Assembly (NCBI RefSeq): GCF_001194135.2
Contig: NC_068993.1
Coordinates: 26,218,751-26,282,750, forward strand
DNA length: 64,000 bases
Reading direction: 5' to 3'
From: Octopus bimaculoides
Taxonomy: Eukaryota
The translations under genes and the position numbers were made by a program. How positions within the stretch are numbered: position 1 is the stretch's first letter; every line of letters starts with the position of its first letter. The notes beneath the pieces were generated by a model that worked only from the letters and a program-made list of their open reading frames with translations, was not told where the DNA came from and made no database searches. Shown piece after piece: positions 1 through 11,662 of this stretch.

Positions 1-362
1 CCTTCCAATTGTACCATAGTTCCATTCCCCATCAACAGGCATTCTCCTCTCTCCTACTACAGCCACTATTGTTCTTAGGTCTACTCTGGCCGAGAGTGGT
101 AGCACCTGTAAGGGTCCCAGCTATGGGTTAACAGACAATTAACTATGGGTTGGGGTGGGGGAGAATGGTAGAATGCAGTTACCTTATTCCCTGCGAGACA
201 TAAGAAGCGACTAAAAGGGATGGGAGTGAAGGGACTGGGAATCCACTCATCCAAGTAATTCTGTTTCCTAAAAAGACAACATATATGTTTATGAATTTGT
301 GTTGCAAGATTTCTGATGTGAAGTCATCGACTGAAACAGATATTGTTGTATTTCAGGATTCT

Positions 363-730
363 TTTATTCTTTTATTTGTTTTGGTCATTTGACTGTGGCC
401 ATGCTGGAGCACTGCCTTTAGTCGAGCAAATCAACCCCAGAACTTATTCTTTATAAGCCTAGTACTTATTCTATCGGTCTCTTTTGCTGGACTGCTAAGT
501 TACGGGGATGTAAACACACCAGCATCAGTTGTCAAGTGATGATGTGGAGACAAACACAGCCACACAAACATATACACACACATACATACATAACTAAATC
601 CACTCACAAGGCTTTGGTCGGCTTGAAACTATAGTAGAAGACACTTGCCCAAGGTGTCATGCAATGGGACTGAGCTCAGATCATGCGGTTGGTAAGCAAG
701 CTACTTACCACACAGCCACTTCTGTGCCTA
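363..730 (-). mobile_element. tRNA-derived SINE, family A (tRNA head + internal CA/TA microsatellite + 3' module)
   Basis: Minus strand begins with A-box-like TGGCTGTGTGG. The same two modules flank a microsatellite in at least 6 copies in this window. Confidence 0.8.
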
Positions 731-1053
731 CCAAATAAACACACGTACTATGTATTTGTTCTTCACTTGTTTATTACTATTCTTATTCTAACTCATGTCC
801 ATTGCCTGGAATAGGAACAGTTATAAACAAGTGAAGAATGAATATAAATTGCGTCTATTTATTTGGCAAAATAAATGATCATCTCGAAATACAACCATAT
901 ATATATATATATATATATATATGGGAGAATATACAAAAAATAACAACAGACGAGGACAGGTCCCTCTCTGTCTTCCATATCTTACTCCTTTTCTCATCTC
1001 CCTCCCTCGCATATATATATATATTGTACGGGGGTTATTTCCATATATTATTA

Positions 1054-1056
1054 TAC

Positions 1057-1114
<58 letters not shown>
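1054..1114. repeat. (CA)n microsatellite (representative of dozens of CA/TA/GA/TATG tracts)
   Basis: Direct inspection; source of the HTHT/VCVC ORFs. Confidence 0.95.
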
Positions 1115-1122
<8 letters not shown>

Positions 1123-1989
1123 CTTTTTCCATTATTCGTTTCAGTCATAAGACTCCCTTGAAGAATTTTTTAGTGAAACAAATTGACTGCAGTACTTTTT
1201 TTGTTTTTTTTAAAGCCTGATATTTATTCCACTGGTCTCCTTTGCCCAACCACTAAGTTACATAAACACACCAACACTGGTTGTCACGTGGTGATGGGGT
1301 ACAAACGTGCTCATGCGCACGCGCACACACACACACACACATTCTACTTATATTTATTGGTATCTGATTGTTGGACATTTATAACCAAATTCTTTTAATA
1401 CTGAGTGCTTTATTGATATTTGCCAGGATTTTTTAATCCCATTTTTTCTTCTAATTATATATATTTATATATATATCATTTGTAAAAAACATAAATCCAA
1501 AAGAAGAAGCACACTCTAAGATGTAGGGTAGTATATATTAATATATATGTATGTATATTTAGGACTGGCTTCTTTCAGTTTCTGTTTACCAAATCCATGT
1601 ACATATATGTACATGCAGTGTATTTATTGTGGGGTATTGTGATAAACTGTGGTATAAAGTACCAGGTGATATTAAGAAGAAATGAAACAGTAACAACATG
1701 GCCATCATCTGACACCTCAGAATAAGACCAGCAGGAAGCCATGAAGTAGCCAATGAGAACACATCAATGTTTAGTGTTGATGGCCAAATTTCCAACAGTA
1801 ATCTCTCTGCCATCATTGAAATAGGACTATATGTTTTAATTTATAAATCTTAGGACCATGACCAAATCAATGCGATGATCACAGCTAGAAATGCTGATTG
1901 AATGATGCATTCAATCAGCTATCTCTGCACCATCAATTTGTTCTTGCAGACATAATCAGGGATAGCTATCAACTACAACAACGAATATC

Positions 1990-1991
<2 letters not shown>

Positions 1992-2042
<51 letters not shown>
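1992..2042. repeat. (CT)n microsatellite
   Basis: Direct inspection. Confidence 0.95.
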
Positions 2043-2046
<4 letters not shown>

Positions 2047-2479
2047 CCTTTCTCCCCCTCTCTCCCCCTCTCTCCCCCTCACTCTTCTCTCTCTTTCTCT
2101 TCATATTATGTGTGTGTATACACACATATATATACACAAAAACACACACACATATACATGTATAAAATATAAATACATTTATATGTAAATATATCTATCT
2201 GTCAGCCTATCCAAATATACATACTTTTACATAAATATATCTGTTTATCTATTTGCCTGTCTAAATACATACAGACACACACATATGTAACAGTTAACAT
2301 TAACTGAAATAAAAGACTAAGTATAAATGTATAGCAGATCTTTTTAATAATTTTATTAATAGTAAGTTCGAAGTTTGCACCATCACTGAACTCATAATAT
2401 GGTGAAGCTGATGACCTTCAAAAATTCAATGTAGCAAGCAGTAAAATTATGTAACACACATACACACGCACGCATGCAT

Positions 2480-2520
<41 letters not shown>

Positions 2521-2760
2521 AATGCACATATATCTGGAAACTGAACCTCACACAAGAGATAACAAAAGAACACAATCAGTAACAGGATGTTGTGTCAGAG
2601 AGGAGACTTCAAACCCATGCAAGCATGAAAAACAGATGTAAAAGTGATAATGTTGATGAGGAGAAGAAGGAGGAGGAAAAGGAGGATATATACATATATT
2701 TATGTGTGTGTTTGTGTATGTGTGTGTTTGTGTATGTGTGTGTGTGTGTGTGTGTGTATA

Positions 2761-4015
2761 CAGGGGTTGGACAAAATAATGGAAACACCTTAAAATTTCA
2801 AATAAATTAATTTTAATATTGAGTAGGACTGCCTTTGGCAGTAATTACAGTTTGAATTCTATGAGGTATGGATTCATACAAAGTTTGAATTGTTTCCAAA
2901 TGAATTTTTCTCCATTCTTCAGCTAAAATAGTCTTTAGTTCTTGTAGTGATGATGGTGGAAGGATATTGACTCTTTACTAGTTTTTCTAAAATGCATCAT
3001 AAATGTTCAATAATATTGAGATCTGGGGACTGTGGTGGCCAGATAAGATGTTCAACTTCACTAGAATATTCTTTGCGCCATTCAGTAACAACTTTAGCTG
3101 TGTGAATTGGTGCATTATCATCCTGAAATATTGCGTATCCCTCTGGAAATAGTTCCGCAACCATAGGATGAATTTAATCAGATAAAATGCTTAAATAGTC
3201 TTGACTATTAATTCTGCCATGGAGGGAAACCATTGGACCAGTGAATTAGCCCCTCCAGATCATCACAGATCCTCCTCCATGTTTAACAGTTGGAAGAAGG
3301 CAGTCTAAGTCAAATGCTTCTTTTGGCTGTCTCCACACATATATAGTCAGCTGGTGGTCAGAAATAAGCTAAAGGGTGACTCGTCTGAGAAAATAACATT
3401 CTTCCACTGATCTAGGGATAAATTCTGTAGGTTTTTTCTCCACTCTAAATGCTTTGCAACACTTGTTTTTGAAAGTAGTGCTTTTCTGACTGCAGCCCTC
3501 CTGTGGAATCCAGCTTTGTGCAGCTCCCAGCCATCAGTTATTACGGAAACTGGGTTTTCAAGGTGGTCATTAAGCTCGGCAGTAATTTTGGGAGCTGTAC
3601 TTTTGTGATCCTTTCTAACAATTCGTGTAAGAGTCCAACAGACCCTATCTGAAAGTTTTTTTTTTTTCCGGAGTTTTGTTTCGACGAGGAGGTTTTATTC
3701 CTCTTTCTCAAAGGCTGTCATTACTTTTGAGACAGTACTTCTTGATACACCCAACATTTCAGCTGTTTTTGTTATGCTAGCTCCTACCATACGAGCACCA
3801 CCCATTTGACCTCTTGGAATGTCCAATAGATCTGTCATTTTAATGAATTTTAATTACCTTTTTCTGATGATATCTGAAGAGAAACAGCAATTTTAGCAAA
3901 ACATATTAAGCAACACTAAAACCAAAAAACATAAAAAATAAACAAGCTTTTGATGGTTTTATAGATATTTCAAACTTATGATGCTAGGTGTTTCCATTAT
4001 TTTGTCCAACCCTTG
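2761..4015 (-). mobile_element. Full-length Tc1-family DNA transposon, DD36E (Incomer-like)
   Basis: 30-bp TIRs (2761-2790 caggggttggacaaaataatggaaacacct; 3986-4015, 1 mismatch), TA TSDs at 2759-60 and 4016-17, length 1255 bp. Confidence 0.92.
2813..3838 (-). pseudogene. Decayed Tc1-like transposase, DD36E triad
   Basis: MTDLLDIPRGQMGGARMVGASITKTAEMLGVSRSTVSKV (HTH), NVIFSDES, FQDDNAPIHTAKVVTEWRKEYSSEVEHLIWPPQSPDLNIIE, C-term AKGSPTQY*. Several stops and frameshifts. Confidence 0.9.
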
Positions 4016-4109
4016 TATATGCAAATCGTCATCATTATCATCATTATTTTAACATTTACTCTTCTATGCATGAGTCAGATGAGACTAAGTTGAGACAATG
4101 TTTTCTACA

Positions 4110-4500
4110 ACCAGAAGTCCATCCTCCTGCTAACACTAACCTATTTCTTCTTGCTGCTCTGCCATAGTAGCCAAATTTGTGGAGATACCTGATAGCTGTT
4201 CTGGGATTGACATCAACTTGTTTTGCTATGTCACAGGACTTGCAACAAGGATTATCCTCCACACTTCACTTAGCAAAGCTAAGTGTCTTGTTGATCTGGG
4301 TGTGGTAATGTGGACTCGTTGCCCTCCCTGGTGAATTGCACAATCACTTTATTAACTGTAGAAAGTGGGATCCGAAGGTTTTCTGTGATTTTACTCTGAC
4401 TAGGTCCACCTTCAGATTGACTTACAATACAGCCTCTTGGAAATTTGGATAGTTCCAACCCTTCTTTTGTATGTGGTATGATTAAGCAGTCACATATAGA
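4110..4500 (-). mobile_element. 5' fragment of a second Tc1-like transposase (HTH region)
   Basis: EDNPCCKSCDIAKQVDVNPRTAIRYLHKFGYYGRAARR; upstream [27 protein letters not shown]. Confidence 0.75.
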
Positions 4501-4598
4501 ACTGGGAGCATAAATATGTCAAATAATAAAGAATACAAACCTTTTCTAGTTAAAATACGCATAAAACAGTGTTTTATGGTGTGTCGATTTACTTCTGT

Positions 4599-4643
<45 letters not shown>

Positions 4644-4684
4644 ATATACATGCACACATATACATATATTCTTGTATATAAATA

Positions 4685-5347
4685 TGAAGGGAAGTCAAAA
4701 ATTATTCACACTTTCACCATAATATATCTTTATTATTGTCACACTGCCTTCTGTGCATGCATGCTTTTAGTTGGTACTACTGTGGTCATGTGATCGAAGT
4801 TTGAACCTGATCATGCCATTTTTCGTTCAGCTTTACAGTGTAAGCATGACTGCTCCACTAGCAATGTGCACCAAAGAAAAACAAAGTGCAGTGATCCAAG
4901 AGATGGTAATGGTGAACCAGTTCACCAATACCATCCCTTAAGCTTACTGAATCTTCTCATTAGTGGAGGTTGATGGACGTCCTGCTCATTCTTCATGCAC
5001 CATGCTTGTCCAGCCACTTTGAATCTTTTTGATCCACTCATACACACTTCTTTGCAGTAGTGCACTATCTCCATATGTGCTAAAAGCTTCCAATGAATTC
5101 CAGCACCTGACACACCTTCCAACCAGAGAAATTGGATCACTGCTCTTTGTTCTTCTTTGCTGCACATTGCTAATGGAGCGGCCATACTTACACTGTAAAG
5201 ACTAAAAGAAAAATTACATGATCAGGCTCAATCTTCTATCATGTGACCACAATAGTACCAACTATAAGTACGCATGCACAGAAGGCAGTGTGACAATAAT
5301 AAAGATATGTTATGGTGAAAGTGCAGATAATTTTTTACTTCTCCTCA
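4685..5347. mobile_element. Fold-back mariner derivative with two 5' ends
   Basis: ~215-bp inverted arms (4685-4899 / 5132-5347), TA on both flanks, mariner N-terminus MAAPLAMCSKEEQRAVIQFLWLEGVSGAGIH on minus strand. Confidence 0.85.
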
Positions 5348-5367
5348 TATATACATGCATATATTTT

Positions 5368-5417
<50 letters not shown>

Positions 5418-6356
5418 TGCAAGTATACATTCTCAACTAAGCAATAAACTTAAGAAAACCAGGAATTCCTTCCTCAGCTGCTTAATGGTTATAGACTGGA
5501 TCACTAATTCCATCAATGTCAAACACCCTTAAAAACATTTAATGCCGCCTGGGAATATACAAGCCCAAAATTTTGCACCTGGATTATAATTATAAACTTA
5601 ACTACCCAATTACACTGCAATACAAAATTCAATTAATTAAATTGCAAAAATCAATAATTAAGTCATTCAACAATTCAATAAGCAATAAATAACACACAAA
5701 GAATAAACTAAGATGTAAATTTAACTAATCAGCATAGATACACTACAACAAACAAATATTGCCAACTACCTTGAACACATTCAGAAACAAATAATAACCA
5801 ACTATGGACATTTTATGTCCTAATACACACACATTCTAAATGAGATATGTCTATTGATTGAACCACACAACCTATAGTGAAAAAGCACAACTCAAACATC
5901 CTTAACAACTTATATAACATGAAATCGAATTACTAAATAAATAATTTAATAATCCCAATAAAATTAACATTTCTATTCACCAGGAAACCTGTCTGACCAT
6001 CTATCTCCTGCAAGTGCTTTGACCAAAAAAATGATCAGAGTAAACTTGAATGCAGCAAAAGTGGCAGCAATCATCTGGTTAGAAGAGTCAAGACAAAACA
6101 TTTATTGACCACTCAAGGCCATTCTTTCTTACCTTAACCCAAATGCAGTCGATCTAAGCATAACTATTTGACTGTAAAGACACTCCTTAGTGAATTCTAT
6201 ATTTTCTATAATTCCATGCATACCTCACCACTTATTTTAATGTAGTTTCAACCAAAGCCCAGGGAGTGGATTTGACAGATGAAAACAGAAAGCAGTCCAT
6301 CATATATAAACATGCAAGTATGTGCATGTGTGTGTGTGTGGGGGGGNNNNNNNNNN

Positions 6357-6408
<52 letters not shown>

Positions 6409-6409
<1 letters not shown>

Positions 6410-6781
6410 CTTTTATCTGTTTCAGTGATTAGACTGCGTCCATGCTTTGAAGAACCTTTCATCAAATGAATCAACCCCAGTACTTTTTTTAAAGTCTGGT
6501 ACTTACTCTATCAGTTTCTTTTTGCCAAACCATTAAGTTACAGGGACCTAAACAAACTAACACCAGTTGTCAAGTGGATGTAGGGGACAAACAGACACAA
6601 AGAGACACACACACACACACACATACACACGACAGACTTCTTTCAGTTTCTGCCTACCAAATCCACTTACAAAGTTTTCGTCAGCCTGAGGTTATAGAAG
6701 ACACTTGCCCAAGTTGCCATGCAATGAGAGTGAATCCAGAGCCACGTGATTGAGAAGCAAGCTTCTTGCGACTCAGCCACA
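6409..6781 (-). mobile_element. SINE family A
   Basis: Colinear with 363-730; internal (CA)n. Confidence 0.8.
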
Positions 6782-6818
6782 TCTGGAATGAACAGGTTTT
6801 AATTGCAAAATGCAAATT

Positions 6819-6903
6819 ACAGTAGTAGCAGCTGTTGCTGAGTTTTCCGTATTATGTCATCATATGATATGGAAAACTCAGTAAAAACAGCTGTTACCAC
6901 TGT
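6819..6903 (+). other. 85-nt hairpin (pre-miRNA-like or tiny fold-back relic)
   Basis: 39-nt 5' arm pairs with the 3' arm with 5 G-U wobbles, 1 A-C mismatch, a 3-nt bulge and a 4-nt loop. The structure is seen directly; function is not shown. Confidence 0.6.
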
Positions 6904-7371
6904 ACAGATACAATTGTTGTGTTTTGCTACTAAAGCCTATTCATTCCATCTTGGTTTATAGAATTTTTTAATAAATTTTGTACTTACTAACAGAGTTCTA
7001 CATAAATATCCAGCAAAACAAATAACGCTGCTGTATGATGGCACTTGGCAGCCGGTAACCATAGAGGAGCTATTAAATGCATGTTTTGAGGCTAATACCC
7101 AGATTATATTAAATATACAATATAAGATATATATGTGTGTATGTATGTATGTATATATGCATTCATATATATATATGTGCATGTGTGTGTGTGTGTATGT
7201 ATGTATGTGTGTATGTATGTATGTATGGATGGATGGATGTATGTATGTACAGGTATGGTGATGCAAAAATAGTACTCAAAGTACAAGTAAATGTATATTT
7301 TTATCAATATTTAGCAGAAGCAACAGAGTGACTCAAGGGCCGTCCAATGCATGAAAAACTTGGCCCTTTAT

Positions 7372-7823
7372 TCTTTTACTTGTTTTAGCCATTTGGCTGT
7401 GGTCATGCTGGAGCACCACCTTTTTAGTCAAACAAATTGACCCCAGGGCTTATTCTTTGCAAGCTTAGCACTTATTCTATCAGTCTCTTTTGCCGAACCG
7501 CTAAGTTACAGGGACATAAACACACCAACACTGGTTGTCAAGTGATGGTAGGGGTACAAACAAAGACATACACACACACACACACATATATATACAGTAA
7601 TCCCTTGTCTTTTGCAGGTATTATGTTCCACCCCCCGCCCCCGCAATAGGTGAAAATCCATGAAATAGAAACAGTCTGTACTGTATATTTTTTTAATTAT
7701 TTTTATAATTTGTATATATTTATTTTATTATAAATGCAAAACAACACCACGGAGGAATCGACATTAGCTTAAATAATAAACTGTGATAGGTGAATCGTGA
7801 TATGGCGAGGGATTACTGTGTGA

Positions 7824-7864
<41 letters not shown>

Positions 7865-7992
7865 CAATGGTCTTCTTTCAATTTCCATCTCACAAGACTT
7901 TGGATAGTAGAAGACACTGGCCAAAGGTGCTACACAGTGGGACCAAATCATGAACCATGTTGGTGGGAAGCAAGCTTCTTACCACACAGCCA
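7372..7992 (-). mobile_element. SINE family A interrupted by a MITE
   Basis: 3' module at 7372-7570 and tRNA-head module at ~7880-7992, separated by microsatellite plus MITE. Confidence 0.75.
7595..7818. mobile_element. pogo/Tigger-like MITE (~224 bp)
   Basis: TIRs cagtaatcccttg.. / ..cgagggattactg; TA on the left, TG on the right (microsatellite context). Confidence 0.75.
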
Positions 7993-8034
7993 TGCTTTAC
8001 CAGCCTTGATTTGCCTTCTAATTACTCTGATTGT

Positions 8035-8353
8035 AATCTCATGGATTACTGCATGGGAGCACCATTGAGAAAGACTCCAACTGCTCTACCTACAACACCA
8101 AGGCTGAGCTAGTGGCCAAGGTGAAGGAAGAGTTTGAAGATCCTCTTAGAGACACATTGAAGAATGCATGTGCCAGGTTTTGGAGCTATTTTGAGGTTGT
8201 GGTGAAAGTGGAGGGTTGCTATTTGAATAAACTATTATCTCTCAGCCATAATGTAGTTGATACATTTTGATTTCTCAAAATATTAAAATTTTTTGATGGG
8301 ATATTGTGTTTTTTTCTTTTATGCAAACTGTCAAATTTAACCTGAACACCCTG
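8035..8353 (+). mobile_element. 3' fragment of a maT/Tc1-like element
   Basis: EKDSNCSTYNTKAELVAKVKEEFEDPLRDTLKNACARFWSYFEVVVKVEG resembles the C-terminus of the maT copies at 24232 and 41158; ends ..ctgaacaccctg-TA. Confidence 0.65.
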
Positions 8354-8432
8354 TATAGGATGTGCAACAATGTGATATCACACAGGTGGTGAATGATACA
8401 AATATCAAATGGTAATATATCCCACAAAAACA

Positions 8433-8642
8433 GTGGCAAGCTGGGAGAATTGTTAGCATACCAGGCAAAATACTAAGTGGCATTTCTTCTGTCTACACAT
8501 TCTGAATTCGAACTCCACTGAGGTCAGTTTGCCTTTCATCCTTTCAGGGTTGATAAAATAAGTACCAGTTGAGCACTAAGGTTGAAGTAGCCGACTTAGC
8601 CCCTTCCCCAAAACTGCTGACCTTGTGCCAAAATTTAAAACC
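8433..8642 (+). mobile_element. tRNA-derived SINE, family B (central gcctttcatcctttcagggttgataaaataagtaccagt domain)
   Basis: Copies at 48061-48295, 63645-63985 and a partial at ~9945-10065. The central domain resembles Deu/Nin-type conserved SINE domains (unverified). Confidence 0.75.
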
Positions 8643-11217
8643 AATATATCCTACAAATCTTTGGTTTAGTAGGATATGTCTCATTAATCATATTCATAGA
8701 AAACATTGGAATGATACAACGATTATATAAAAGGTGGATGATGGCTGCTGAAATATCACACCAATGATAGACATGGAGAGTGATATTAAAACACACACAT
8801 GATGGGTGTGGAGAGTGAGGTATTACATTAGCTGAAGGTAGTGGCTGGTGTGATATCATTTTCATGCTGATCAAACTCATGGTGGTAGATTATTTTAATG
8901 TGATATTTTCTCTCATGAATGTCTACCAAATATGGGTGAAATAACATTTAAACACTGTCTTTTTCTCATCAAAAATGACAGAGAAAGTTGTTTCCTTTTA
9001 TTTGCTTTATTGCCTCTTTTATTGTTCTTATGAAGTACCAAAAGCAACACTACCACCACTTTCACCACCACCACCACCTTCCCCATATCAATGCATTCCT
9101 GTGCTTTCACATAAATAAAAGCTAGTCCAGCTGCCTGCACACCCTTGCATATTTCTCTCCCCACAATACCACATCACACACCACATTGCAATGGCAACAG
9201 TCAATAACCACTGAATGCCACTATTTAAATTGCACTTGATCAATAAATTGTTTGATAAAAGCACTTTTGCTTATTGGATTACAAAATATATCACTCAAGG
9301 TATTAATAAAATATCTTTAATTAGAAACAGTTCACCCTGAATGGTAGCTGTGAATTTTATTAACGTACGACATCACTAACTGTTGTCTTGGGTACATTAT
9401 ATTCTAACAATCTGCCCTGTTGTTTATTCGTGTGCAAGTCATATCTGTGATAATGAGCTGCTTCATACGGCTGTTATATATTTACAGAGGCTGCTGACAG
9501 TTTTAGGCAACTCACAAAGCACTTAGTGAGGTTATGGTAGTATATGTGTGCCATGTCACTTGATTTGTTTGTGTATATCTTATTTTCTATTAGAAGAAAG
9601 AATAGAAATGTTAGCTTTTCACTAGAACTGACACGAGGTAAAATCATGATAGAAGCATTGTACTTTCCTATATCCTGGGGCAATGGGTTCAGTGCTTTCA
9701 GCTTCAGCCCATGGTATTGGAAACTTAGTGTAATAAAAAATAATAAAATAAAATAATAATTGAAGTAGTAAAGTTACTTGACATTAGTATAAAATAAGGA
9801 CTGAATGTATAGTATAACTACTAAGTAAGGACTGTTTAGTTATTTAATTGTGCTGAGTTCACATCCTGCAGAGATACACCCTACCAGGTTCAAGACAGAT
9901 ATTAAGCAGCCATGCAAAAAAAGAAAAAAATTAACATTGTGACAAGCAGATGAATTGGTAGAGTGTTGGATAGAATGCATTGCAGGTTTCTTTCTGGTTC
10001 TTTGTTCAAATCCTACCAAAGTCAGCATTCCTTTTTATCCTTTCAGCATCAGTAAATGAAATATTAATCAAGTACAACCAGAAGCAAATCTTCCTTTTTT
10101 ACTCCCTTTTCTTTTTTGTTATAACCAGCAAGATGCCGTCTTGTAAAATCTCTCAAAGGAAAGCAACATGAAACCATCTTTATAAAAATTTCATAAAAAA
10201 CACTTAGTATCTGTTATAAAAGTCACTAAGGTTGATTTGCTTGGCCTGATGGTGTAATGAAGAGAGAAATGCTGTGAAACATCATTATTGTTTACTGGTT
10301 ATAGTCTGTGTATTAATGACACCCATGTAAAAATATTTTGCTAATATTGTTAGCAATAATATACACAGTTAACATCAGTAAAACATAATAGCTTCAGAAC
10401 AATTAACATCTGCACATCACATTACAGTTCTCACCTTAAGAAAGTTCATTAGTAAAACACTCTTCTACTTCTACTTCCATTCATTGGGCAGATACCATGC
10501 TGGGACACTGCATTCAAGGCAATTTAGTCATTGTTATCATCCCCAGTTCATCTCCAGTATTTATTTTAGCCTGGTACTTATTTTATCGATCTTTATTAAA
10601 TGGCTAGGTTTCCTTTTGACTTAAAAGAGTATATCTCAATGTACCATTTTATATAAGTATAGACAAATATGGACATAGACACACACACATATATGCATAT
10701 ATATGTGTATGAGTATGTGTGTGTGTGTGTATACATATATACACATGTATACACACACATATACATATATATATGCATACATGTGTGTATTTATGTCTGT
10801 GTTTGTCTATAGTTGTGTAATATGGTACATTGAGATATACCCTTCTAAGTCAAAAGGTAACTTATCCATTCAATAAAGATTAATAAGAAGCCCAAAAGTC
10901 ATGAAGGTGTTAATAATTCATTTATGTTCTGTTTTAAATTTACAATATCTTAGCACCATATACAATATATATGTAGGAAATACATGCATATTAGGTGGGA
11001 AAAAATTATATCTTGTAAATTATGAATTTAAAAGTTGTAATTAAAACAAATTTATCAAAATTTCAGATCTCTTTGCAACTTTTGGAGCATCCTGTGTACA
11101 CACACACACACACACACACACATGCACATGCATATTTCTGTATAAATATATGTGTATGTCTATATATATGTTTTTATGTATATATGTATATACATGTATA
11201 TGGTGTGTGTGTGTCTA

Positions 11218-11662
11218 TTTGGAAATGTGCTGTGCGTGAGAAGACCCGGCAAGCCAAGTAAGATCGTTGCCAGTGCCCCTGGACTGGCTCTTGTGCGGGT
11301 GGCACATAAGATGCACCATTTTGAGCATGGCCGTTGCCAGTACCACCTGACTGGCCTTCGTAGGATTTTCGAGCGAGATCGCTGCCAGTGCCCCTGGACT
11401 GGCTTGTGCGGGTGGCACATAAAAGACACCATTTCAAGCGTGGCCGTTGCCAGTATCGCCTGACTGGCCTTCGTGCAGGTGACACGTAAAAGCACCTACT
11501 ACACTCTCTGAGTGGTTGGCGTTAGGAAGGGCATCCAGCTGTAGAAACTCTGCCAAATTTAGATTGGAGCCTGGTGTTGCCATCCGGTTTCACCAGTCCT
11601 CAGTCAAGTCGTCCAACCCATGCTAGCATGGAAAGCGGACGTTAAACGATGATGATGATGAT
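11218..11662 (+). mobile_element. RTE LINE 3' UTR (5'-truncated copy) ending in (GAT)n
   Basis: Same tail (ccaacccatgctagcatggaaagcggacgttaaacgatgatg) follows RTE coding sequence at 60520-61820 and 42725-45775. Confidence 0.85.

Noticed and set aside
1893-1919. 12-bp perfect hairpin gctgattgaatg-atg-cattcaatcagc
   Set aside because: Short and isolated; no supporting context.
3863-3890. ctgatga...gaaac in the Tc1 5' UTR
   Set aside because: No stem II or stem I pairing.
5500-6200. A/C-skewed stretch suggestive of an ancient LINE 3' region
   Set aside because: No recognisable protein motif could be translated with confidence.
6994-7054. LLYDGTW resemblance to the DTW-domain motif
   Set aside because: Flanking residues do not match the family as I know it; too short to assign a product.
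11590-11612. CTGAGGA...GAAAC on the minus strand of the RTE tail
   Set aside because: Only 5 nt lie between the motifs with no stem II pairing, and other copies read GAACC.
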